Of a DNA stretch of 64,000 nt, positions 20,151-29,091 are shown in pieces (within the stretch, counting starts at the first letter, position 1; each line of letters starts with the position of its first letter). This stretch comes from Planctomycetota bacterium (GTDB taxonomy: Bacteria; Planctomycetota; B15-G4; SIAN01). Under the pieces are notes generated by a model. The model had not been told where the DNA came from and ran no database searches. It worked only from the letters and a program-made list of their open reading frames with translations. Made by a program: the position numbers and the translations under genes. Location: contig JANNXA010000033.1 of the NCBI GenBank assembly GCA_031409275.1, positions 32,001 through 96,000 of the forward strand. Direction: 5' to 3'.

Positions 20151-21146
20151 TCAGCCTCCATCGGCGACGGCGGCATAGTCGCAGCCGCGGCAGAGGAACC
20201 CGGCCTCGAACTCCTGGCGCAGGTGGCGCGCGCGGATCGCCCGGTAGCGATCGCCGCTCCAGACGTCGGCGATGCCGATCCCGGCCGCGGGATCGATGCG
20301 GCCGACCACCGCGGCGCGATTCCAGTCCACGTTGCAGAGCACGCAGGTTCCATCCCAGAGGACGTAGAGCTTGACGAAGGGACGCTGGCAAAGCGGCGGC
20401 GCCTTGGCGGTGGGCGCGACGGCGCTGCTGGCGAGCCCGGGATCGACGCCCGCGACGGTGCGCTCATTCGAGAAAGCCTTGAGCAGCACGTGGTCGCGGT
20501 ATAGCGGATCGGCCGAGGGGAGTGTCGCGGCGAGCTCGGGCAGGTCGCCCATGACGACCTTGAGGCGCATCGCGCCGAGGCGACCGTTGGGCGCGCGGCC
20601 GAACAGCTCGCGCAACCGGCGGTCGACGGCGGAGAACGAGAGCCCCTCCATCACCTCCTCGTAGCGCGTCGCTTCGAAGCCGTGCACGCTGACGCAAAGC
20701 TCGTCGAGCCCCGCCGCCGCGAGCCGCTCGGCCAGGTCGAGGCGCAGCAGCGCTCCGTTGCTGAACAGGTTGAGCGTCGTGCCGGGAAGCGCGCGCCGCG
20801 CCGCGGCGATCCACTCGACCATGCGCGAGTCGAGCAACGGCTCGTTCATCAGGAACAGCGAGAGGCGCTCGACCGGATGGAGCGTCAACTCGGCGAGGAG
20901 CGCGTCGTAGAGCGCGCGGCTCATCTCGCCGTGCTCGAAGCCGGGGGCGCGCGTGACGAGTGGGTGGGGACACATGCGGCAGGCGGCGTTGCAGCGAGTG
21001 GTGGTCTGCAGCTGCACCTTGAGTGGGAACGGCGGCAGGAGGGCGGCGATGTCCGCCTCCGTCGCGCCGCCGGTGCGGAACGCGGTGGCGGTGCGCAGTA
21101 GCGCGCTCTCGCGTTCGCTGATCGTCGCTCGATCGAAGGGCCGCAT
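20151..21146 (-). CDS. Radical SAM protein with C-terminal twitch/SPASM-type domain
   Basis: CNAACRMC; NEPLLD; C-terminal CQRPF..DGTCVLC..CRGC. Start could extend to 21227. Confidence 0.9.
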   Translation of the reverse strand: MRPFDRATISERESALLRTATAFRTGGATEADIAALLPPFPLKVQLQTTTRCNAACRMCPHPLVTRAPGFEHGEMSRALYDALLAELTLHPVERLSLFLMNEPLLDSRMVEWIAAARRALPGTTLNLFSNGALLRLDLAERLAAAGLDELCVSVHGFEATRYEEVMEGLSFSAVDRRLRELFGRAPNGRLGAMRLKVVMGDLPELAATLPSADPLYRDHVLLKAFSNERTVAGVDPGLASSAVAPTAKAPPLCQRPFVKLYVLWDGTCVLCNVDWNRAAVVGRIDPAAGIGIADVWSGDRYRAIRARHLRQEFEAGFLCRGCDYAAVADGG

Positions 21147-21223
21147 CCGGTTCCTCGCGGGGCGGGTGCCACGAGGCGCGCCCGACGGCCCATCGATAGC
21201 ACGGAAACGCACGGGCGCGCCCA

Positions 21224-22399
21224 TCATCCGGGTCGTGACGCGGATGGGCGCGCCCCGTTCGTGGCGCGACCGCGCGTCGCCGCCTGCTCGAGCGCGAGGC
21301 TGCGGACGACGACTCCGTTCAACGGCTCGAGGCAGGCGATCGCATCGCGCCCGACCCAGCGGAAGTTCGACAGATCGGCGCGCAGCCGCGTCGGGTCGAC
21401 GTCGAGCGCGAAGACGTGGTGGCGAACGATGCGCCGCCGGGCAACGTCGACGTCGTCGAAGTTCCCGATCGCGATGGGCGCCGCATCGGCGAGGCCGAGC
21501 TCCTCGTCGAGCTCGCGCGCCATCGCGGCGGTCGGGGTCTCGCCGGGCTCGAGCTTGCCGCCCGGCGTGTCCCAGAGCCCCGGATGGCTTGCGGCATCAG
21601 CCGTGCGTTGCTCCAGCAGGAGCGCGTCGCCGTGGCGCAGCAGCGCGCCGCAGACCGTCAGCGCCGGCGCGTCGGTGAGGCGTTCGAAGGCGTCGACGTG
21701 GCGGGCGAGCAGCGCCTCGGCGCGCTCGAGGTCGCGCGCGTCGTTCACGTCGATCCAGGGCGCGGCGTGCAGGTGGGCGTGGATCCGCTCGCCGCGCGCG
21801 CGCAGCGCCTCGAAGAGCGCGGGGAGCGGGCAGGGGCGATCGCGTGGGATCGCGGCCAGAGCCAGAGGGCCGAGCACCGAGAGGGCGCTGCAGATCAGGG
21901 CGTCGTGCGTCGGTTTCTCGCGGTAACCGGTGACGTCGTCGCCGTCGATCTCCAGCACGCCCCACGGGATCGTGAACGGCTCGCGATGGACGGCGAGGGT
22001 CAATGCGGCGCCCGAGTCGGAGTGTTCGCGGAGCAGCGCTGCGAGATCGACGGCGGTGAGGTTGTCGGCGTTGACCACCAGCAACGCCTCGGCTCGGCCG
22101 GCCCACTCCGCCGCGGCCCCGATCGTGCCGCTCGGCGTCATCTCGACCTGCACCTCGAGCGCAGCGCCGAGCGCCTCGGCGAGCGGCCGCACGCGCTGCT
22201 CGACGAAGGCGCGCAGCTCCGGGCGCGCGGCCGGAACGACGACGGCGAGGTCGCGCAGCCCGGCGCGCAGCAGCGCCAGCACGTTCCGCTCCAGCAGCGG
22301 GACCCCGCGCACGGCGACCAGTGGCTTGATCGTCGCCGCGCCGCTCTCGCGCATGCGGCTGCCCATCCCGCCCGCCTGCACCAGCGCGACCGTCCTCAT
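21224..22399 (-). CDS. Sugar-phosphate nucleotidyltransferase fused to a NUDIX hydrolase
   Basis: QAGGMGSRM..KPL, VVNADNL, YREKP, WIDV, then intact Nudix box GGKLEPGETPTAAMARELDEELGL. Confidence 0.9.
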   Translation of the reverse strand: MRTVALVQAGGMGSRMRESGAATIKPLVAVRGVPLLERNVLALLRAGLRDLAVVVPAARPELRAFVEQRVRPLAEALGAALEVQVEMTPSGTIGAAAEWAGRAEALLVVNADNLTAVDLAALLREHSDSGAALTLAVHREPFTIPWGVLEIDGDDVTGYREKPTHDALICSALSVLGPLALAAIPRDRPCPLPALFEALRARGERIHAHLHAAPWIDVNDARDLERAEALLARHVDAFERLTDAPALTVCGALLRHGDALLLEQRTADAASHPGLWDTPGGKLEPGETPTAAMARELDEELGLADAAPIAIGNFDDVDVARRRIVRHHVFALDVDPTRLRADLSNFRWVGRDAIACLEPLNGVVVRSLALEQAATRGRATNGARPSASRPG

Positions 22400-22764
22400 C
22401 GCGGGAGCGTCGCCTCGAAGACGAAGAGGCGCAGCGGGTCGGCGCCGTCGTTGACCAATCCGTGCGTGCCACCCGGTCGATTGCGGATGAGGTCGCCGGC
22501 GACGACGCGGAAGCTCTCCCCGTCGCGCTCCATGCGGCCGCTGCCGGACAGCACCAGATAGAACTCCTCCTCGTCGTCGGCGTGCTGGTGGCGGCCGATC
22601 GAGGCCCCGGGCGGCAACTCGGCGAGGTCGATGAAGTTCAGTGCGCCGGAGAGCTGCTGCCGCTCGGCGACGCGGCAGAAGGCGATCGTGCCGTCGCCGT
22701 GATGCGCCTGGACGCGTTCGAGTGGGAGCTTCCCGAGGTTGCAGCGATCGAACGGGCGACGCAT
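22396..22764 (-). CDS. Cupin domain protein
   Basis: LPPGASIGRHQHADDEEEFYLVLSGSG and GGTHGLVN; overlaps the next gene's start. Confidence 0.9.
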   Translation of the reverse strand: MRRPFDRCNLGKLPLERVQAHHGDGTIAFCRVAERQQLSGALNFIDLAELPPGASIGRHQHADDEEEFYLVLSGSGRMERDGESFRVVAGDLIRNRPGGTHGLVNDGADPLRLFVFEATLPR

Positions 22765-23062
22765 GGGCAGCGCTCCGCGCGTGGCCTGTCGTGCGGGTCG
22801 ACGCGGATCCTACATGCGATCCACTCCTTCCCTTCCGTCTCGCATGGCGCAACCCAGACTTACATCCGCGATGTCTGCCCGACCGCGCGCACCGTCGACG
22901 AATGCGCGCACGGCGGCGCGGCTCACGCCCTGGCGCGCCCCTCTCGCTCGGGCCGTTCTTCCGCCCGTGTAACGCCTCCGCCCGGAACCGGGTGTTACGG
23001 GCGGTGCCGCAGCGGCGGCGCTCGCGATGCGCTTCTCTTCTTCCGGCAACCGGAGCGACCCG

Positions 23063-24625
23063 ATGCACGCCACCCATTCGATCCCCGCCACGAGGAAGCT
23101 CGCGATCGCGGCGTACGCGGTCGGGATCCTTGGCCTTTCGAGCCGCTCCGCCGCTGGCCAAGCGACCGAGCAGCAGTCGATCGCACCCGCGATCGCCAGC
23201 TGGTCGCAGTACTTCGGCAAGGCACTGGCGGTGAGCAACGACTACCTGGTCGTCGGCGCGCCGCTGCGCGCATCGCCGATCCCGTTCGTCGTCCCCGGCG
23301 GCGCCGACGTCTTGCGCCGCGATCCGGTCACCGGCCTCTGGCACGCGGAGGCGAGCCTGTCCGGCAGCACTGCGGGCAACGGCGCGGCGTTCGGCGCGGC
23401 CGTCGCGGTCGATGGCGACGTCGTCGTGGTCGGCGCGACCGGCCAGGCGTCGTCGACGGCCGCTCGTGCCGGTGTCGTCTACGTGTTTCGCCGCGACGCG
23501 GCCACCGGATCGTGGATCGAGGAGCAGGAACTCGAGGGGAGTGCGTCGGGCCTGGACGGCCTGTTCGGCGCGTCGGTGGCCATCGACGGCGACGTGATCG
23601 TCGTCGGGATGCCTGGCTATGCGAGCAGCACCGGCGCGGCCTTCGTGTTCCGTTATCAGCCGGCGTCGAGCGTGTGGGTCGAGGAGGCCTTGCTGCTCGA
23701 TCCCAACGGTTTCGCCGGTGATCGAGCCGGCCTGGATGTTGCGATCGATGGCTCGACGATCGCCGTCGGTTCGCCGATGCAGGGCACGCTGCCTTACCCG
23801 ACGGGAACGGTCGGCGTCTGGACCGCCAGCGGAACGAGCTGGACGCAGGCGCAGGAGCTGACGCCGAGCAGCGCGACCACGACACCGCTGCGGCTCGGCA
23901 CGTCGCTGGAGCTGCGCGGCAATCAGCTGCTCGTCGGCGCGCCGGGCGAGTCGAACGCCACGACGCAGTACATCGGCGCCGCCTACCTCTTCGAGCGCGA
24001 CGGCTCGACGTTCAGCCAGACCGCGCACTTCGAGCCACCGGCGACGTACTACAACCTCAACTTTGGCCTTGATGTCGCCGTGAATGGCAACACGGTCGTG
24101 ATCGGCCAGCCGATCGACTGGGTGAATCCGGCGATCTCCGGCTCGGCGTGGGTCTTCCGCCGTCGAACCGCCAGCAAGCCGTGGGTCGCGGATCAGATGC
24201 TGATCCACGCCGGCGGCGGCCCCGACGACCAGTTGGGTGCCACGGTCGCGATGAGCGATCACCACATCGTGCTCGGCGCGCGCTACTCGAACAAGTACGG
24301 CCAGGACGAGGGCCTCGTCGCGAGCTACGACAAGGAGGAACTCTCGCTGTCGATCTCGCCGCGCTACCCGGCGCCGGACGCGACGATCGACCTCGAGGCG
24401 CACCGCGGGAATCCGGGCGAACTGATCCTGATCGCCGTCGAAGAGATCAGCGGCGCGCAGCTCTTCATTCCGCTGCTCACCGACGTCTTCCAGGCGAACT
24501 ACGCCTACGCGGTGCAGGACAGCGCGCCCAACCCGGCGCTCGGCCTCTCCGTCGGCGTGCGCGCCTACAAGCTCAGCGCGACCGGCAAGCTGGTGGCGTC
24601 GAGCCTCGAGTACGTCGATCTGTGA
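23063..24625 (+). CDS. Secreted FG-GAP repeat beta-propeller protein with ~95-aa C-terminal domain
   Basis: Signal-like N-terminus; about seven FG..VA.DG..VVGA repeats with GAAYLF/GVVYVF strands. Confidence 0.88.
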   Translation: MHATHSIPATRKLAIAAYAVGILGLSSRSAAGQATEQQSIAPAIASWSQYFGKALAVSNDYLVVGAPLRASPIPFVVPGGADVLRRDPVTGLWHAEASLSGSTAGNGAAFGAAVAVDGDVVVVGATGQASSTAARAGVVYVFRRDAATGSWIEEQELEGSASGLDGLFGASVAIDGDVIVVGMPGYASSTGAAFVFRYQPASSVWVEEALLLDPNGFAGDRAGLDVAIDGSTIAVGSPMQGTLPYPTGTVGVWTASGTSWTQAQELTPSSATTTPLRLGTSLELRGNQLLVGAPGESNATTQYIGAAYLFERDGSTFSQTAHFEPPATYYNLNFGLDVAVNGNTVVIGQPIDWVNPAISGSAWVFRRRTASKPWVADQMLIHAGGGPDDQLGATVAMSDHHIVLGARYSNKYGQDEGLVASYDKEELSLSISPRYPAPDATIDLEAHRGNPGELILIAVEEISGAQLFIPLLTDVFQANYAYAVQDSAPNPALGLSVGVRAYKLSATGKLVASSLEYVDL

Positions 24626-24649
24626 GCGGTCGCGGGAGCGGTCGCTCGC

Positions 24650-25957
24650 TCACGCCAGCAGCGGTTGGATCGCCTTGCCGTTCGGGTCGATCAGCGTGAT
24701 GGGGCGCTTGCCGGCGTGGAAGAGCCTGGTGCTGTCGAGTCGCAGGGCGGCGCCGAGCGTGGCGAAGAGGTCGGCGACTTGCGTCGGCTTGTCCGCGATC
24801 TCGGTGCCGTGCTGGTTGGTGGCGCCGTACGCCTGGCCGCCTCGAATGCCACCACCGGCGAGCGCGACGCACCAGTTGTTGGGCCAGTGGTTGCGGCCGC
24901 CGCTGCCCGTGACTTCGGGCGTGCGACCGAATTCGCCCATGCAGACCACCAGCGTGTCGGCCAGCATTCCGCGCTTGTCGAGGTCGTCGAGCAGCGTCGC
25001 GAACGCCGGGTCGAGCTGCTGGTTCAACGCCTGCACGCGGTTGCGATTGTCGTCGTGGGTGTCCCAGCCGCTCAGCACGACCTGCACCGCCTGCACGCCG
25101 TTCTCCAGAAGGCGTCGCGCCAGGAGCACGCCCTGCCCGAACGGGTTGCGGCCGTAGCTGTCGCGCAGCGCCTCCTTCTCCTGCTCGAGGTCGAACGCGG
25201 TGAGCAGTTTGGTGTCCATCAGTCGGCGGGCGCGCGCTCGCTGCGACTGGTTGGCGGCGACGGCCGGCTCGCCGCCGCGGCGCGCAAACGCGTCGTCGAG
25301 CACTTCGACCATGTCGCCGCGATGGTCGAGGCGGTTCTTGTCGACGCCCCCGGCGTAGGAGAGGTTCTCGATCTTTCCTTCGGGGCGATCGAGCACGAAG
25401 GGCGACGCGCCGACGCCGAGATAGCCGGCGGAGAGCGGCGCGCCGTTGATCTGCACGAAGGCGGGCAGGTCGTGCGCGAGGTCGCCGAGTTCATGCGCGA
25501 CGATCGAGCCGAGCGATGGAAACGTGACCGTCGGATTGGGCACGTAACCGCATTGCACCAGTGCGCGCGCTCGCGAGTGGTTGCCTTCCCGCGACGTCAT
25601 GCTGCGGATCACGGCGAGGCGCTTCGCCCGTTTGGCCAGCAATGGCAGCGAATCGGCGAAGGTCCAGCCCGCGACGTCGGTCGCGATCGCGCTCACGCCA
25701 CCGGCGGTGGGGGCGCCCGGCTTCGGATCGAAGGTGTCGAGCTGCGACGGCCCGCCTTCCAGCCACAGCACGATCAGCCGGCGCTTGCCGCTGCCGCGCG
25801 TGGCACCGCCCTGCTGTCCGAGCGCGTCCTGCGCGAGCAGCGACACCAGCGAGGGCGCGACGGCGAGCGTGCCGGCGCCTTGGGCCAGGAGCGCCAGCAA
25901 CTCGCGGCGGCTGAAGGTGCGCGTGCCGGGCGGCAGCGATCGAGGAGTGGAGTGCAT
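24650..25957 (-). CDS. DUF1501 domain protein with Tat-type signal
   Basis: SRRELL; WLEGGPSQLDTFDPKP, FGQGVLLARRLLE, GWDTH, GEFGRTP, GRNHW. Confidence 0.92.
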   Translation of the reverse strand: MHSTPRSLPPGTRTFSRRELLALLAQGAGTLAVAPSLVSLLAQDALGQQGGATRGSGKRRLIVLWLEGGPSQLDTFDPKPGAPTAGGVSAIATDVAGWTFADSLPLLAKRAKRLAVIRSMTSREGNHSRARALVQCGYVPNPTVTFPSLGSIVAHELGDLAHDLPAFVQINGAPLSAGYLGVGASPFVLDRPEGKIENLSYAGGVDKNRLDHRGDMVEVLDDAFARRGGEPAVAANQSQRARARRLMDTKLLTAFDLEQEKEALRDSYGRNPFGQGVLLARRLLENGVQAVQVVLSGWDTHDDNRNRVQALNQQLDPAFATLLDDLDKRGMLADTLVVCMGEFGRTPEVTGSGGRNHWPNNWCVALAGGGIRGGQAYGATNQHGTEIADKPTQVADLFATLGAALRLDSTRLFHAGKRPITLIDPNGKAIQPLLA

Positions 25958-25992
25958 CGTGATCTCCCTGCGGCCATTCCGCGTCGGCGGTC

Positions 25993-27732
25993 TCAGTGGT
26001 TGGTGAGGAACTCGGTCGAGTTGAGCAGCGCCCAGAAGAGGTCCTCGATGCCGCGCTTGTTGCCGCCGGCCGAGCCCTTCACGAGGCGCCCGAGTCGCTC
26101 CGCTTCGCGCTGCGTCGGCAGGCGGCCGAGCGTGGCCAGGAAGACCTGGCGCTGTCGCTCGCGATCGGCGCGCGCCTCGTCGAGGATGTCGTCGAGCATC
26201 TTGCTCTTGCGCAGCTTCGTCTCGTCGTTGGTGAGGTTGCCGTTCATCAAGAAGAGCGCCTGCGGGATGCTGGCCGCGAAGCGATCCTCCGACCCGCCCT
26301 CGTCGTCGTTGAAGACGTAGCGGAACTTCTCCAGCACCTTGCGGCGCGCGGCCTCGAACTCCTCGCCCTTCGCGCGCACGAGCTTCTCGTCTTCGAGCGC
26401 GGTCGCGCGCTGCAGCGAGTGGAGCACCTGCTCCGCGGTGAAGGGGCGCAACGGATGGGCCGCGAACCAGCGCTCGGCGTGGGTGCGGCGATCGGCGTCG
26501 TCGTCGAGCGAATTGCCCAGCGCGTAGACACGCGTGCGAACCATCGCCTCCATCAGGTAGCGCAAGTCGAAGTTCGACTGGATGAACTTCTGCGCCAGCA
26601 GATCGAGCAACGGGGGCAGCACCTGATCCTGGCTGCCGGTCAGGTCGTCGACCGGATCGAGCAGCCCCTTGCCGAAGAAGTGGCCCCACAGGCGATTGAC
26701 GGTCGCCTTGGCGAACCACGGGTTCTCGGCCGCGACCATCCACTCCGCGAGCGCCTGGCGCCGCGTGCGGTCGTCCGTCTCGACGTACGCGGCGCCGTCG
26801 AGGAAGCGCGCCTCGCCGAAGGTCTTCTGGCGCTCGATCCCCTTCTCGAGGCGCTGGCGCTGCGTGCCGGGCAACGTCTCGAGGAACGCCGTGAGCTGCT
26901 CGTCGGTCAGCTCGTGGTCGCCCTCGCCGCGCTTCAGGCGTCGTCGCAGATCGGCGGCATCGGCGTCGCCACCCATCGCTGCCGCGCGCAGCGCGTCGCG
27001 CAGGCGACGCAGCTGGCCGATCCGCAGCTCGCCCGGGGTCGCATCGACGAGGCGCCGCGTCGGCGGCATCTCGCCGATCTTCTGGTCGCGCACGCCGAGG
27101 AAGAAGCCGGTGAATCCGTTGAAGTCCTCCTGCTTCCAGCGATCGGTCGGATGGTCGTGGCATTGCGCACACTGGATCTGCACGCCGAGGAAGGTGCGCG
27201 AGGTCACCGCCGAGAGCGCCTCGATCTCGTCGGTGTAGCTCAGCACGAAGCTGGTGGCGCCGTTCTCGTCGTTGCGGCCGCTGCTGGCGAGGAGCTCGCG
27301 CACGATCTGCGCGAACGAGACGTTCTGCGCCAGCTGCTCTTCGAGCCACGGTCGCAGTCGCGCTCCTTCGGGGCCGCCCTGCTTCTGCGCCGCGGAGAGC
27401 AGCGCATTGCTCCATTGGTAGGAGAAGTTCTGCGCGCAGTTGCGATCGGCGAGGTACTCGTTGATCTTGCGCAGCCGTTTGTCGCCGCGCTCGTCGTCGA
27501 GGAAGACGGCCGCCTCTTCGCGCAGCGGGATCGTGCCGCACAGATCGAGCGAGAGGCGCCGCAGCCAGGCGGCGTCGTCGGCGGGAGCGACGGGCGTGAT
27601 CTTCTGCTGTTGCCACTGCTCCAGGAGCGCGCGGTCGATCAGCTCGGCGAGGGCGGCCGGTGACGGGCGCTCGCCGTCGGTGGCGAGGAACGGCGTTGCC
27701 AGCGCGAAGGCGATCGAGGTCAGTGAGAGCAC
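25993..27732 (-). CDS. DUF1549/DUF1553 (PSCyt2/PSD1) planctomycete protein
   Basis: LRRLSLDLCGTIP, FLGVQIQCAQCHDHP, VNRLWGHFFGKGL, PQALFLMNG, WALLNSTEFLTNH. Confidence 0.92.
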   Translation of the reverse strand: MLSLTSIAFALATPFLATDGERPSPAALAELIDRALLEQWQQQKITPVAPADDAAWLRRLSLDLCGTIPLREEAAVFLDDERGDKRLRKINEYLADRNCAQNFSYQWSNALLSAAQKQGGPEGARLRPWLEEQLAQNVSFAQIVRELLASSGRNDENGATSFVLSYTDEIEALSAVTSRTFLGVQIQCAQCHDHPTDRWKQEDFNGFTGFFLGVRDQKIGEMPPTRRLVDATPGELRIGQLRRLRDALRAAAMGGDADAADLRRRLKRGEGDHELTDEQLTAFLETLPGTQRQRLEKGIERQKTFGEARFLDGAAYVETDDRTRRQALAEWMVAAENPWFAKATVNRLWGHFFGKGLLDPVDDLTGSQDQVLPPLLDLLAQKFIQSNFDLRYLMEAMVRTRVYALGNSLDDDADRRTHAERWFAAHPLRPFTAEQVLHSLQRATALEDEKLVRAKGEEFEAARRKVLEKFRYVFNDDEGGSEDRFAASIPQALFLMNGNLTNDETKLRKSKMLDDILDEARADRERQRQVFLATLGRLPTQREAERLGRLVKGSAGGNKRGIEDLFWALLNSTEFLTNH

Positions 27733-27837
27733 GGCGTCCTCCGTTTCGGGCGCGCCGCGGAGCGCGTCGACCCGACTTGAACCCCGAGAGTCATCGACGG
27801 TTGCGCGCCATCGTCATGCGGCGCGCTGCGCGACCGG

Positions 27838-28833
27838 TCATCGATGGAGGGGATAGCGCTCGATGCGCGCCTGGTTCCGCAACTCCTCCCGCAGATGGAA
27901 GACCTCGCTCGCGGAGGGAGCGCGGGCGGCCCAGATGGCGGCGAGCTCGGCGGCAGCACTCTCGAACGGAACCGCTTCGCGCACCACCACTTCCACCACG
28001 TAGAGGCCGCCGGGGGTCGAGATCGGACCGACGAGGTCGCCGCTCTTCGAGCTGGCCAGTGCCGGCAGCACCGCACCGCCGAAGTAGTCGGCGTGCAGCC
28101 GCTCGACTTCGCCGCCGCGCGGCCGCAGGTCGACCTGTTGGGTGTCGAAGCGGGGCACCGTGAAGAGGTCGCAATCGGTCGCGACGAGTGGGGCGAAGCG
28201 GGTGCGATCGGCGGTGACCGCGGCGAGGAAGCGATCGGCGCGCACCCTCGCTTCGGCCTCGAGCTTCGCGCTCTGCTCCTGATCGACGCGCTGGCCCGGC
28301 AGCACCGAACGCAGCTTGCTGAAGAAGGCGACGCGCACGTGCCACCGCTCGCCCGATTTGCCGAACTCGCGCTCCCACAGTTCGTGCTGCTGCGCTTCGG
28401 TCAGCGGACGCGTCGTCAGGATCCGCTTGGCGACGACTTCGATCTCGAGCGTGCCGGCGCGGCGATCGCGGTATCCGGCGCGATCGAGCCCCGCCTTCTT
28501 CAGCTCCTCCTGCCAGCTCGATTCGGCGCCACCGTGGCGGAGCAGGATCTGGTCCTGCCAATCCTGCTCGAAAGCGGCGTCCAGCTCGGCAGGCGTCGGC
28601 AGTGGCAGGCCGATCCGGGTCGACTCCTGACGCAGCAGCGCGAGGTCGACGTAGTCGTCGAGGTGGCGCCAGCCGTGGGTCGCGACCACCCAATCGCGGA
28701 AGTCCTCGAGTGGAAGGTCGATGCCGTTCACCCGCGCGACGACGCCTTCGGGGGTGGCGGGCGCCGGAGCGGGGGAGTTGCCCTGCGCGCAGAAAAGAAG
28801 GAGAGAGAGCGCTGTTGCGCTGAAACCGATCAT
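27838..28833 (-). CDS. Secreted SurA/PrsA-like foldase (parvulin-type), divergent
   Basis: Signal peptide; VVARVNGIDL; GDLVGPISTPGGLYVVEV. Confidence 0.65.
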   Translation of the reverse strand: MIGFSATALSLLLFCAQGNSPAPAPATPEGVVARVNGIDLPLEDFRDWVVATHGWRHLDDYVDLALLRQESTRIGLPLPTPAELDAAFEQDWQDQILLRHGGAESSWQEELKKAGLDRAGYRDRRAGTLEIEVVAKRILTTRPLTEAQQHELWEREFGKSGERWHVRVAFFSKLRSVLPGQRVDQEQSAKLEAEARVRADRFLAAVTADRTRFAPLVATDCDLFTVPRFDTQQVDLRPRGGEVERLHADYFGGAVLPALASSKSGDLVGPISTPGGLYVVEVVVREAVPFESAAAELAAIWAARAPSASEVFHLREELRNQARIERYPLHR

Positions 28834-29091
28834 CTAAGTCTCCGGCGGTGAGATCGAGGCCGGAAGATACTGAAGTCCCCGGTGGCGCCGCGCTTGCGCG
28901 ACGACTTGATCGGAATCCGATCCGAACCTGGCGCGAGGCGCCACCGTCAAAGGGCGTTCGGGCGAATCGTGCGGACTTGCCCCTTTTCGAGATTGGGCTA
29001 AGACCCGCGACCCGCGGAAGTGCGCGACTTGCAACAAGAGGGCGAGGTTCTGGCCGCCTCGCGAGGGGATCAGGGACAGGGAGAAGGCGTG

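Noticed and set aside
20151..21146. RiPP maturase interpretation of the radical SAM
   Set aside because: No precursor peptide, RRE or peptidase; neighbours are all carbohydrate enzymes.
22400..24403. N-terminal extension of the 1059-aa ORF 21224-24403
   Set aside because: Overlaps the cupin and is antisense to the FG-GAP gene; the real start is 22399.
25958..27616. Apparent 988-aa DUF1501 fusion
   Set aside because: The extension is an off-frame read of the DUF1549 gene; RBS and Tat motif support a start at 25957.
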